Positions 1 to 10,573 of a DNA stretch of 64,000 nucleotides are shown in pieces. The notes beneath the pieces were generated by a model, which saw nothing but the letters and a program-made list of their open reading frames with translations, did no database searches and was not told where the DNA came from. The stretch's first letter is position 1; each line of letters opens with the position of its first letter. The stretch comes from Squalus acanthias (lineage: Eukaryota), in the NCBI GenBank assembly GCA_030390025.1, contig CM059432.1, positions 51,710,001-51,774,000 of the forward strand. Reading direction: 5' to 3'. A program made the translations under genes and the position numbers.

Positions 1-225
1 CTCAATATCCGCTCCGGGGTGCTACCGGGGTGTTGCGCACTTGACTGACATCACGATCTGCCGGCGCAGGAGATCGTGGCGGTACTGTTTAGTGCTGCCG
101 CAAAATGTCTAGTTAATTTCGCGAGCGGCGCAAACATCGCCACGCCCGGGCGCTAGTTGCTTTGCGCCCCATTAGCGCCCTCTTAAGGCGCTAATGGGAG
201 GCGCAACCAACTGAATTTTTCCCCC
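1..225 (-). mobile_element. Non-autonomous Harbinger-like element, family B (end only; rest lies outside the window)
   Basis: Reverse complement of the first ~225 bp of 44179-45072; ends in TIR AATTTTTCCCCC (214-225); CpG-rich GGCGC/GCGCC motifs. Confidence 0.85.
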
Positions 226-540
226 ATGAATTCAAATCCCACCACAGCAGCTGGGGAATTTAAATTCAGTTAATTAAATAAAACTGGAATAAAAAGAAAA
301 CTAGTATCAGTAATGGTGACCATGAAACTACTGGATTGTCATAAAAACCCATTTGATTTACTAATGTCCTTTAGGGAAGGAAATCTGCTGTCCTTACCTG
401 GTCTGGCCTAGAGGTGACCCCAGCAATGTGGTTGACTCTTAACCTGCCCTCTGAAATGGTCACGAAGGTGGCTCATCTCGTGGGCAATATATGCTGATTT
501 GATAGCGATGCCCACATCCTGTGAATGAATTTTTTTTAAT
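226..540 (+). mobile_element. SINE family 2 (head truncated) with LINE-derived tail
   Basis: Homologous to 46680-47125 (minus); tail GGGCAATA..GCCCACATCC..GAATGAA shared with LINE ends at 14728-14830, 17230-17300, 41795-42070. Confidence 0.75.
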
Positions 541-544
541 TCTA

Positions 545-910
545 TCGTGCCTTTCATGACTGCAAAGTGCTTTACAGCCAATTAAGTACTTTTGAAGTGT
601 AGTCAATGTTGTAATGTAGGAAATGCGGCAGCCAATTTGCACAAACGAAGGTCCCACAAACAGCAATGAGATTGATATTGGCCAGGACACCGGGGAGAAC
701 CCCCCTGCACTTCTTTGAATAGTGCCAGGGTTTTATTTTACATCCACCTGAGAGGGCAGACGGGGCTTCATCTCATCTGCCAGTACAGCACACCTTCAGT
801 ACTGCACTGAAGTGTCGGCCTATATTATGTACTCAAGCTTCTGGAATGGGGCTTGAATCCACAGCCTACTGACTCAGAGGCAAGAGTGCTACTACTGAGT
901 CAATGCTGAC
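545..910 (-). mobile_element. Deu-domain SINE (SacSINE1/AmnSINE1-like)
   Basis: Homologous to 31492-31945; tRNA-like head and GTCCTGGCCAATAT...CAAATTGGCTGCCGC core. Confidence 0.8.
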
Positions 911-1529
911 CCATATGGTTTTATATAGTTTAGAATCGTTTGTAGCATTATTCTAATTGCAGTGAAGGAGATACTTTTCCCATTGCAGAGCCATAGTATA
1001 AAATGTGATATAAATAAGATTGTCTGACATACATAATCCAAATAGTTACTTTCCCTGTGATACAGATCAGCAGCTGTTGCCAAGCATTATCAACACAGTT
1101 GAATTGCTAGAAGCCAGCAGCGTGCGTAGGCAGCTGAATGGATGGAGGAAGTTTGACCTGAACTGGAGTGAGTGAGTGGGTAAGTATTAAATTATGTGTT
1201 TTGATGAGTTAGCTGTTAAATGGGGTTTATTTTGGAAATATAAATGGGGCTGATTTGTTTGACAAGCTATCTATTTATTAAGTAAGAAAGTAGTGGAGAC
1301 AGGATGCGATTTTTCATTGATTTGACTGTTTAAAATTGGCACCTGTGTTTGAATTGGTTGTTTCCGTTCATTGTTTGAGTGAATTTATGGAGATTGTACA
1401 TGTGAGAGGCAATCAATTTGCAAGAGACCAGCAGAGTGAAAAGGCAGCTGATTGAGCAGAGGGAGTTTGGCCTAAAACTGGAGCTCAACACTGAAATGTA
1501 GTTTGCTTGAAATGACTTTCAGTTACGTA

Positions 1530-2132
1530 GGGCTGGATATTAGCTCAGAGGCAGGGAGGGAGCAGGGGTGCTGTTGTTAACTGCAGGACCGCTTTTAATT
1601 TCTTTCTGTAGGTTTCCCGCCCACAGTAAGCCTGATTGACAGGCTGGCTGCTTGTAGGATGGGAAAACTTGCAACACAAGGCCGCAGCTGAGCTGGGCTG
1701 AAAGCAGGTAGGTCTAGTGGGGGTTGGTGTGGAAGAGATGGGAGGGGTCTGATCACAGTGGGGGGAGCAGACAGATCGCGGTTTCCTGGGAGCTTGTTGG
1801 GCCTGGAGGAAACACTCCTGCTCCTCCTTGCCCACAAGCAGTGCTGTAAAGGTGGATTCAGCCCTTCTCGCCTCCTTTCACCTGCTGGGTTTCCAAAGGC
1901 ACAAGAACCCCAGCCAACTGTGGTTAAAAATAGAACCACTGTTAAAATGAAGGCATGCAGCCTCATTAAAATAATTAAATGACCAACCCGCCTCCTGCGA
2001 GTGGATTGGTCACCTGCCCCTCGTCCCACCACTGTTAAAACCAGAGGTTTGCAGGTTCGAGGCAGGTTGGGTTCCTGTTTCAGATTTTTAGCTTCTAACC
2101 TCCCACCCGTTTTTGGGGGTTAAAACTCTCCC
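1530..2132. mobile_element. Non-autonomous Harbinger-like element, family C
   Basis: Ends GGGCTGGATATT / AAAACTCTCCC, flanks gta/gtg; internal CACTCCTGCTCCTCCTKGCCCACAAG core shared with 28885-29490, 48245-48762, 54754-55624. Confidence 0.7.
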
Positions 2133-2239
2133 GTGGTATTACATAGTATTTGCAGCACAGAAACAGGCCATTCAGCCCAACTGGTCCATTCTGGTGTTTA
2201 TGCGCCACACGAGCCTTCTCCCACCCTGTTATTTGAGTT

Positions 2240-3720
2240 TCTGAGTCCATTTAGTTAGCAGACAGAGGAAACCTGTATTTTGTGGAACTTGCATAATGTC
2301 AGTGTTTCAGGACCAGCGGTGTAAGAAGTGTTCCCAGATGAATTCACTCGAGTTCAAAGTGACTTCACTTGAGAAACAATTGGTGACACCAAACTATTTG
2401 GGAAGCACATGGGCCCTACAGCACATGTTGCAGGAGGTGATCATCCCATACGTAGGGAGGAATAGTTAGGCAGAGAAAGGGAAGTAGGTGACCATCTGCT
2501 GGGGAGGGGGATAGGAGATCTCGGGTAGAGGCCATGCAGAAAACCCTTAGGATCCGAAGTTGTCTGATAGGTGCTGGCTACCTATGACACAGACAAGGCT
2601 GGTGACTCAGGAGGGAAATTATTAACAACATCACTGCACCAGGGAGAAGTAATAGCATTGAGAAAAAAACAAGTGCGACTAATAGGAGATTCTATCATCA
2701 GAGGAATAGATAGTCTTTTCTACAATTGTGATCTGTTGCCTTCTAGGCGGCAGGGTAAAGGAACATAACCGATTGGGTGGAGAAACTTTTGGAAAGTGAG
2801 GATGATCAGCTAGAAGTTATGGTTACATCAAAACCAATGACATAAGGAAGAACTGGAGGGAGGTCTTGCAAAGAGAGTTTGGGGAGTTAGGCATAGATTA
2901 AAAAATAGGACCTCCAGAATAGTAATCTCAGGATTACGCCCAGTGCCAAGGGGGTAGAAGTTATGCTTCAGTTATACAAAGCACTGGTTAGACCACACCT
3001 GAAGTACTGTGAGCAGTTCTGGGCACCACACCTTAGGAAGGATATATTGGTCTTGGAGGGAGTGTATATTGGTCTTGGAGGTTTAAATTACGAGGAGAGA
3101 TTACACAAACTAGGGTTGTATTCCCTGGAATTTAGAAGGTTATGGGGTGATTTGATCAAAGTTTTCAAGATATTAAGGGGAACTGATAGGGTAGATAGAG
3201 ATAAACTATTTCCGCTGGTTGGAGATTCTAGGACTAGTGGGCATAGTCTAAAAATTAGAACCAGACCTTTCAGGAGTGGAAACAGTTCTACACACAAAGG
3301 GTGGCAGATATTTGGAACTCTCTTCCACAAATGGCAGTTGATGTTAGATCAATTGTTAATTTTAAATCTAAGATTGATAGATTTTTGTTAACTAAAGGTG
3401 TTAAGGGTTATGGGGCAAAGGCGGGTAAATGGAGTTAGGTCGCAGATCAGCCATGATCTCATTGAATGGCGGAACAGGCTCGAGAGCTAAACGGCCTACT
3501 CCTGTTCCTATGTTCCTAGGTCAATTAGGGAAAAACAGATTTGATTCATGAACACCTGACTAGTCAGATAGCTTAGAAGAGAGGGTTTCAGATTTCTAAA
3601 CCATCGAGATGAGTTCTGGGGCAAGGGGGAGCTTTGCAGATAGGATGGGCTTCACTTAAACTGTCCTCAACAAGAGGGTAACTGGAGTAGTGACGGAACG
3701 CAGGGAAGGGGTAAATCATA
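2240..3720 (+). mobile_element. Decayed CR1 ORF1 (SGNH-esterase-like) remnant, interrupted by a younger CR1 fragment
   Basis: LIGDSIIRG (~2680), TND (~2833), NRTSRIVISGL (~2905-2935); resumes after 3518 with FRFL..DGLHLN. Confidence 0.7.
2950..3518 (+). mobile_element. CR1 LINE 3' fragment
   Basis: LQLYKALVRPHLKYCEQFW, LGLYSLEFRRL; CR1 3' UTR GGCCTACTCCTGTTCCTATGTTCC. Confidence 0.9.
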
Positions 3721-3729
3721 GAATTATAT

Positions 3730-4276
3730 GGGGGAGGGGTTAAGAATAAGTGTGTCATTGCCTCTGGTCACTTATTCCTTTATTGGTTATAGCCTAAACC
3801 ATGGTCTAGTGAATTGTTTATTCTACCACCTTCTGAAGTCAAGGGCACATGGTATAACCATCTGAGCGTTTCCTGTTTCTACTTCTGGGTTCACCATAAA
3901 TTACCTACAATTTGGGCAGGTAAAGGCATACTTCATCGTAGGGAGACAGGATACATAAAATTTTTGTTTTCAAATTTAAAGTAAATTGAGGCTTAGCAAA
4001 TAACAATAGTTAAAAATGTCTACCAGGGCTCAGAAAGATGTAGACAGAGAGCTAAAATTAGCCTATTTACCTGCTGAGGAAAAAGCAAAAGACCATGCAC
4101 ATCAACTAGAGCTGTTGAAACTGGAGGCTGCAAAGGAACAATGGAAGGAGATACAGCAACAATACATAGAGTCTCTAAACATATACAGGGTAGACGGAAT
4201 GGAAAGGCAGCAACAGTGTGCTTTTGAACTGGTGTATCAACAGCGAGTCAAGTTTTTAGAGAAGGTAAGACGATAA
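3730..4276 (+). mobile_element. Possible LTR-retrotransposon remnant (leader plus gag-like coiled-coil ORF 4016-4276)
   Basis: 3750-3950 is homologous (inverted) to 32040-32410; ORF EEKAKDHAHQLELLKLE is gag-like by composition only. Confidence 0.4.
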
Positions 4277-6555
4277 CAACAACAACTTGTATTTATATAG
4301 CACCTTTAACATAGTGAAAGGACCATGGGCACTTCACAGGAGTATTATAAGACAAAATATTTGTCGTCAGCTGGGTGTCGTCAGCGTACATGTGGAAACT
4401 GACACTCTGTTTTTGGATGATGTCGCCAAGGGGCAGCATGTAGATGAGAAATAGGAGGGGGCCGAAGATAGTTCCTTGGGGAACACCAGAGATAACGATG
4501 CGGGAGCGGGAAGAGAAGCCATTGCAGTTGATTCTCTGGCTACGATTAGATAGATAAGAATGGAACCAGGCGAGTGCAGTCCCACCCAGCTGGAGAGGCA
4601 TTGGAGAAGGACGGAGTGGTCAACCATGTCAAAGGCTGCAGACAAGTCAAGAAGAATGAGGAGGAACAGTTTACCTTTGTCACAGTCACAGAGGATGTAA
4701 TTTGTGACTTTGATGAGAGCCGTTTCGGTACTGTGGCAGGGACGGAAACCTGATTGGAGGGATTCAAAGATGGAGTTCCGGGAAAAATGGGCATGGATTT
4801 GGGAGGCAACAACACGTTCAAAGACTTTGAAGTGGAAATGGAGGTTGGAGATGGGGCGGTAGTTTGCAAGGACGGAGGGGTCAAGGGTTGTTTTTTTGAG
4901 GAGAGGGGTGATGACAGCAGATTTGAGGGAGAGGGGGACAGTACCTGGGGAGAGAAAACCATTAACAATGTCAGCTAACATGGGAGCCAGAAAATGAAGT
5001 TGGGTGGTCAGCAGTTTGGTGGGAATAGGGTCGAGGGAGCAGGAAGTGGGTCTCATGGACAAGATGAGCATGGAGTGGTCATGAGGGGAGATCGGAGAGA
5101 AACTGGAGAAAGATGTGAGTTCAGGTCTAGAGCAGGATGGAACCTTAGAGGAAGTTTGCCCCGGTGGGCTAGGGGAAGGAAGGGAAGTGGCAGAGGCAGC
5201 TGAATGGATGGTCTCAATCTTAGAGACAAAGAAGTCCATGAGCTTCTCACACTTGTTATCAGAGGTGAGGGTGGAGGATACAGGGGAGAGGGGTTTAAGA
5301 AGGTTAGACCTCTTCTTAAAGGTTAAGAAGGTTAGCAGTGGAGAATAGAAGCCAGGGTTTATCTTTGCATTCCAGAATGATTCTGGAACAGTGAGCAATT
5401 CTGGCAGACGAGAGCAGGACCCGATAATGCTTTATGTGGTCCAGCCAGATCTGGCAGTGAATGGCGAAACCAGTTGTCCGCCATATCCGTTTAAGTCTAC
5501 GTCCCTTGGACTTAGGGGAGCGAAGATGAGGGCTGTACCGGGGGAATGGCCATGGTGAGAGAGAGTAATTGTTTTAATAGGGACTAGGGCATCAAAGGAG
5601 GTGGTGAGGGTGTGGTTGAGCAGATCGGTAGCTACAGAAATATCATGGTGAATGGAGGGCCAAAGGCTGGACAGTTGGGGGGAAAAATTCAGCTGCTTGC
5701 GCCTCCCGTTAGCGCCTTAAGAGGGCGCTAATGGGGCGTAAAGCAGCTAACGCCCGGGCGCAGCGCCGCCCACGCCTCCCGAAAAATTCAGCGGGAGGTT
5801 AGCGGCGGCGCCAGCCGGTAGCGCCCTGTGGCGCTGCGCCGCCGGCAATGACGTCATCGCCGTGCGCAGCACCCCGCTCGCGCTCCAGCCGCGATCTTCA
5901 GTCGCGCCCCCTGATTTACCGCCAGACGCTATGTCCGACGGGTTCAGGGAGGCGTACGTGCGGCCGGGGCGGCGATATTTAAAGGGGAGGTGGCAGGCGG
6001 CCATTTTTGTTGCTGGCCGCCTGCCAGCACCTGCCCCCGGCCCCCGTGAAGCCCCCCCACCGTGAAGTGCCGGCTGCGCTCCAAGAGCCCGGCACTTCTC
6101 TTGAGTGCCGGGCTCTTTTGCCGGCACTCCCGATCCCTGGGGGCCCAGCTGGGCCCCGGTTCGCGCTGCGCAGGGTCCCTCCCCTTTAAGAAGGGGAGGA
6201 AGGCCTGCAATACCGCGGCGCGACGCGCTGCAGGCACGTAGCGCCAGGATATTCACTCGCAGCGCCTCAAGAGGGATGCGGGGTGCTTCCAGTGGCGCCC
6301 CGCTTCCCTCTTGGGGCGCAACCACTGAAGTTCCAGCGCGGGGCCGCTAATTTTTTCGGGGCGCTAAAAGTCGCGCCCCGGCGAGGTTAGCGCCCCAAAT
6401 GGGGCGCGACTCAATTTTTACCCCTTGGTATTTTGTAAGTGCAGTTGTAAGAGAGTTGGGAGTGAGTTTTTTCCAGGGGCAGACACAGAGGAAGTAGGGT
6501 TGGGGGGTGGGGAAGGGAGATGTGGGTGGAGAGCGATATGAGGAAGTGGTCAGAG
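4277..6555 (-). mobile_element. L2-clade LINE, 5'-truncated and internally deleted, interrupted by a family A element
   Basis: [58 protein letters not shown]; tail GTGAAAGGTGCTATATAAAT-like plus (GTT)n. Confidence 0.92.
5678..6424 (+). mobile_element. Non-autonomous Harbinger-like element, family A
   Basis: TIR GGGGGAAAAATT / AATTTTTACCCC; exact TSD TTG (5675-77, 6425-27) inside the L2; CpG-rich. Confidence 0.92.
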
Positions 6556-6850
6556 ATTTAAGAAGCTGCAGAAAGTTACATATGTTTTTTATAGAAAATT
6601 AGATGGAGAGCTTGGGGCTATTTGGAAATAGGGAGAGTAATAAATTATAAAGGTTGCTGTCAGTTGATGTTAAGAGAGCAATTTCTGGGAGTGGTTCCAG
6701 ATTTAAGTTTATGGTTGCTTGACCAGGGAAGCAAGCTCCTGAGGCGGTTAAGCAAATGAGCTGATCACTTTTGTGACCTCAAGTGTTGGCAACCTGGTGA
6801 ATAAATGGGTGGTCAGACTTCTCCTACTGGTCAGCCGGGGAGACCCATCC

Positions 6851-8186
6851 ATAGAAACATAGAAAAATAGGAGCAGAAGTAGGCCATTCGGCCCTTCAAG
6901 CCTGCTCCGCCATTCAATATGATCATGGCTGATCCTCTATCTCAATACCATATTCCCGCTCTCTCCCCATACCCCTAGATGTCTTTTGCATCTAGAAATC
7001 TATCTATCTCCTTCTTAAATATATTCAGTGACTTGGCCTCCACAGCCTTCTGTGGTAGAGAATTCCACAGGTTCACCACCCTCTAAGTGAAGGCATTTCT
7101 TCTCATCTCAGTCCAAATGTCCTACCCCGTATCCTGAGACTGTGACCTCTCGTTCTAGAGCCTCCAGCCAGGGGAAACATCCTCCCTGCATCCAGTCTGT
7201 CTAGCCCTGTCAGAATTTTATACATTTCAATGAGATCCCCTCTCATTCTTCTAAACGCTATTGAATACAGGCCTAGTCGACCCAATCTCTCCTCATACGA
7301 CAGTCCTGCCATCCCAGCAATCAGTCTGGTAAACCTTCGCTGCACTCCCTCTATGGCAAGTATATCCTTTCTTAGGTAAGGAGACCAAAACTGCACACAG
7401 TACTCCAGGTGTGGTCTCACCAAGGCCCTGTATAACTGTAGTAAAACATCCTTGCTCCTGTACTCAAATCCTCTTGCAATGAAGGCCAACATACCATTTG
7501 CCTTCCTAACTGCTTGCTGCACCTGCATGTTTGCTTTCAGTGACTGGTGTACAAGGACACCCAGGTCCCTCTGTACATCAACATTTCCCAATCTATCACC
7601 ATTTAAATAATACTCTGCCTTTCTGTTTTTCCTACCGAAGTGGATAACTTCAAATTTATCCACGTTATACTGCATCTACCAGTTACATACCCAAAAAACT
7701 CCAGTAGGTTTGTCAAACACGATTTCCCTTTCATAAATCCATGTTGACTCTATCTAATCCCTTTGATATTTTCTAAGTGTCCTGTTATCACATCCTTTAT
7801 AATAGACTCTAGCATTTTCCCTACTACTGATGTTAGGCTAACCGGTCTGTAGTTCCCTGTTTTCTCTCTCCCTCCTTTTTTAAATAGTGGGGTTACATTT
7901 GCCACCCTCCAATCTGCAGGAACTGTTCCATAATCTATAGAATTTTGGAAGATGACAACCAATGCATCCACTATTTCCATGGCTACCTCTTTTAGTACTC
8001 TGGGATGCAGATTATCAGGCCCTGGGGATTTATCAGCTTTCAGTCCCATTAATTTCTCCAGCACTATTTTTTTACTAATACTAATTTCCTTTAATTCCTC
8101 CTTCTCACTAGACCCTTGGTTCCTTAGCATTTCTAGGAAGTTATTTGTGTCCTCTACCGTGAAGACAGAACCAAAGTATTTGTTCA
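6851..8186 (-). mobile_element. CR1 LINE fragment (RT region, internal deletion near 7680)
   Basis: [43 protein letters not shown]; 3' tail TTCTATGTTTCTATG. Confidence 0.95.
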
Positions 8187-9432
8187 GTCGCACATGTGAC
8201 CACAGCCTCTAAAGCTACGCTGAGCAGCAGAATCAGACACTGAGGGGTGATACCGGGTGCTCCAACTAGGGAGCATAGTGCTGTTAATTGCCTCCTTCTG
8301 TGCTGTAAATTCTTTGATTCTGTGATCAAGGTTTTAGCCCCTGTAACACTATCACTCAAAATGACAGATGACTTAGTTGGGCCTTGGCTTCCATCCCCAC
8401 GAGCCCCTGTACACTCATTCTTGCCCTGAAATCCTTCTCCTGTAATTGGTAGAAATTCACCCTGATGCACTCTCTGCTGCTGTCTTACTTTTCTTCATTA
8501 AATTGCTGACTTTGCTTCTCTCATTCCCTCACCTTCTTAAAAATGTCCTCATTTGTGCTCCCATAAACCCCCAACACCCCAGCCCCACCCTGTGTACCTC
8601 ACACTTCCAAACCTGGTCTCTGCACTTCACCACTTTCTGTCATACAGCTTTTTTCATGTGCCTTCTTAACCTTGTCTCTCAGAACCATCAGCTTCATTCT
8701 GTGCAAGCTGTTTATCTGTTCTGACTATAGCATCATATCCAACCACAAGCTAGTGCTAATTAATCTGCACCTGAAAAGAATCTAATTCCTGTGGTCGACT
8801 GTCAATTTCCAATCTTTTGCACAAATCAGTAATCTACCTTCCCTTCTTCCTCCCACATCTGCTACTCCTCTTTCAGAAACTCAATTACTGCTTGTCTTTT
8901 TGATTATCTTATTATATCTGCTGCATCTACTGCTGTGCCACATCCTAATCAACATCCAATATCTGGTTATGACACCATGGGGGAATTTTAACTTGGATGA
9001 GTGCTGGGTTTGAGTGCGGGTGGGGAGTTAAAACCGGCAAAAATGTCAGGAAGCCGGCTCCAACCCACCGACTTCTGCATTTCACTGGAGTGCATTGGGC
9101 TGTGTACAAGCAACTCCCTCGGGAGAGGCAGGTTGCCAATCAACATTTGTAAATCTCTCAATTACACTGATATTGACTAGATTTTTGTGCTTAACGTCGG
9201 GTCCACAGGTTTCCCGGGCTTCCTGGAACTTGCCAGTGAAAGCAAGGCGAGTACACAGCGGCAGTTGAGGAGGCTGAAGCAATCCCAGGGTAATATGCCA
9301 ATAAGTACTTAGTACACAGCTGTCTTACCTGCTAGTGGGAAAGGGTTTGCTCAAAGTCATTTTGCTGAGAGGTTACTTTACACACTTTGGAGGTTTCATC
9401 TGCATGTTGGAGCTCTGATCTATCAGATCAGG

Positions 9433-10320
9433 ATGGGTGCCGCTTATGCTGCCTTAGATTGGGCCTCAGATGAGGACCAAGATGACCAGCAACAGCACCA
9501 GCAAAAGCCTGCTGGTCACAGACCTGTAGCTCCACAGCAGAGAGCGCAGCAGCAGAGGTGCAGCTCACAGCAGGCCATCCCCAGCACACAGGGTCTACAA
9601 ACAGAGGATAAACTTCCTCGACATGTCTCAACACCAGTGTGCCAGGAGCTGCCAGCTGGACCTGCTGACCATGCTTTACCAGTGGCTGTCAAAGTCACCA
9701 CCGCCCTCAACTTCTTTGTCTCTGGATCCTTCCAGGGCTCTGCTGCAGATATTTGCAGGATCTTGCAGTCGGCGGCCGACAAATGCATAAGACAGGTGAT
9801 CGATGGCTTGTTCGCCAGGGCCATCAACTTTGCTGCGATGATGCCAGTCAGAATGAGTGGGAGCTCGGGTTTGCAGCTCTGACTGACTTCCCACTGGTAC
9901 AAGGCGTCATCAACTGCACACATGTGGCAATCAGGGCACTCGCAGATCACCCAGGAGTGTTTGTCATCCGCAAGGGCTTCCACTCCATGAATGTGCAGCT
10001 GGTGTGCAACGACAAAAAGATCTTTATGCAGGTATGTGCACGATTCCTGGGCAAGTGTCATGACGCTTTCATCCTGCGGCAGACTAACCTCGCTGACATC
10101 TTCGCAGCTGGAAGCAGAGTTACCGGCTGGCTGCTAGGAGACAAGGGATATCCACTTAAAACGTGGCTGATGATACCTCTCAGAAACATGTGAAATGAGG
10201 CCCAAGAGCGGTACAATCAATTCCATGTCACCACCAGATGTGTCATAGAACAAGCCATTGGCATGCTGAAGATGCACTTCAGGTGCCTGGATAGATCTGG
10301 AGGCGCTTCAGCAGAAGTAG
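9433..10320 (+). pseudogene. Harbinger DDE transposase (HARBI1-like), disrupted
   Basis: LPVAVKVTTALNFFVSGSFQ, GVINCTHVAI (catalytic D to N), KGFHSMNVQLVC, HDAFIL, WLLGDKGYP, IEQAIGMLKMHFRCLD; frameshifts and a stop. Confidence 0.92.
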
Positions 10321-10573
10321 AGGCAGGCTGCTCAGATCCCAGCCCTGACAGTTGAGATGCACTTGGCCGATGTTCTCTGGATTTTGAAGCCCGTGAGGGC
10401 CCTGCCAAAGACTGCTCCACTTGCACCTGTGCAGGGGCAGACTCAGAGATCGGGATACGAGGCAGCATGTAGAATACTGACTGCGGCGGGGGTGGTGGTG
10501 GGGAAACGGGTGATAAGTGGAAGCGCTTTGAGTGGTGTCCCCATTTCCATATCCCCTTTTGCCATCATCCCTC

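Noticed and set aside
5747..6350. GC-rich ORFs in family A/B elements (also 44404-44846, 51650-52079, 60744-61298)
   Set aside because: Stop-poor because of GC content; frames are not preserved between copies.
9433..10320. Host HARBI1/NAIF1 (domesticated Harbinger) genes
   Set aside because: Multiple disrupted copies inside TIR/TSD-bounded elements, so these are transposon copies.
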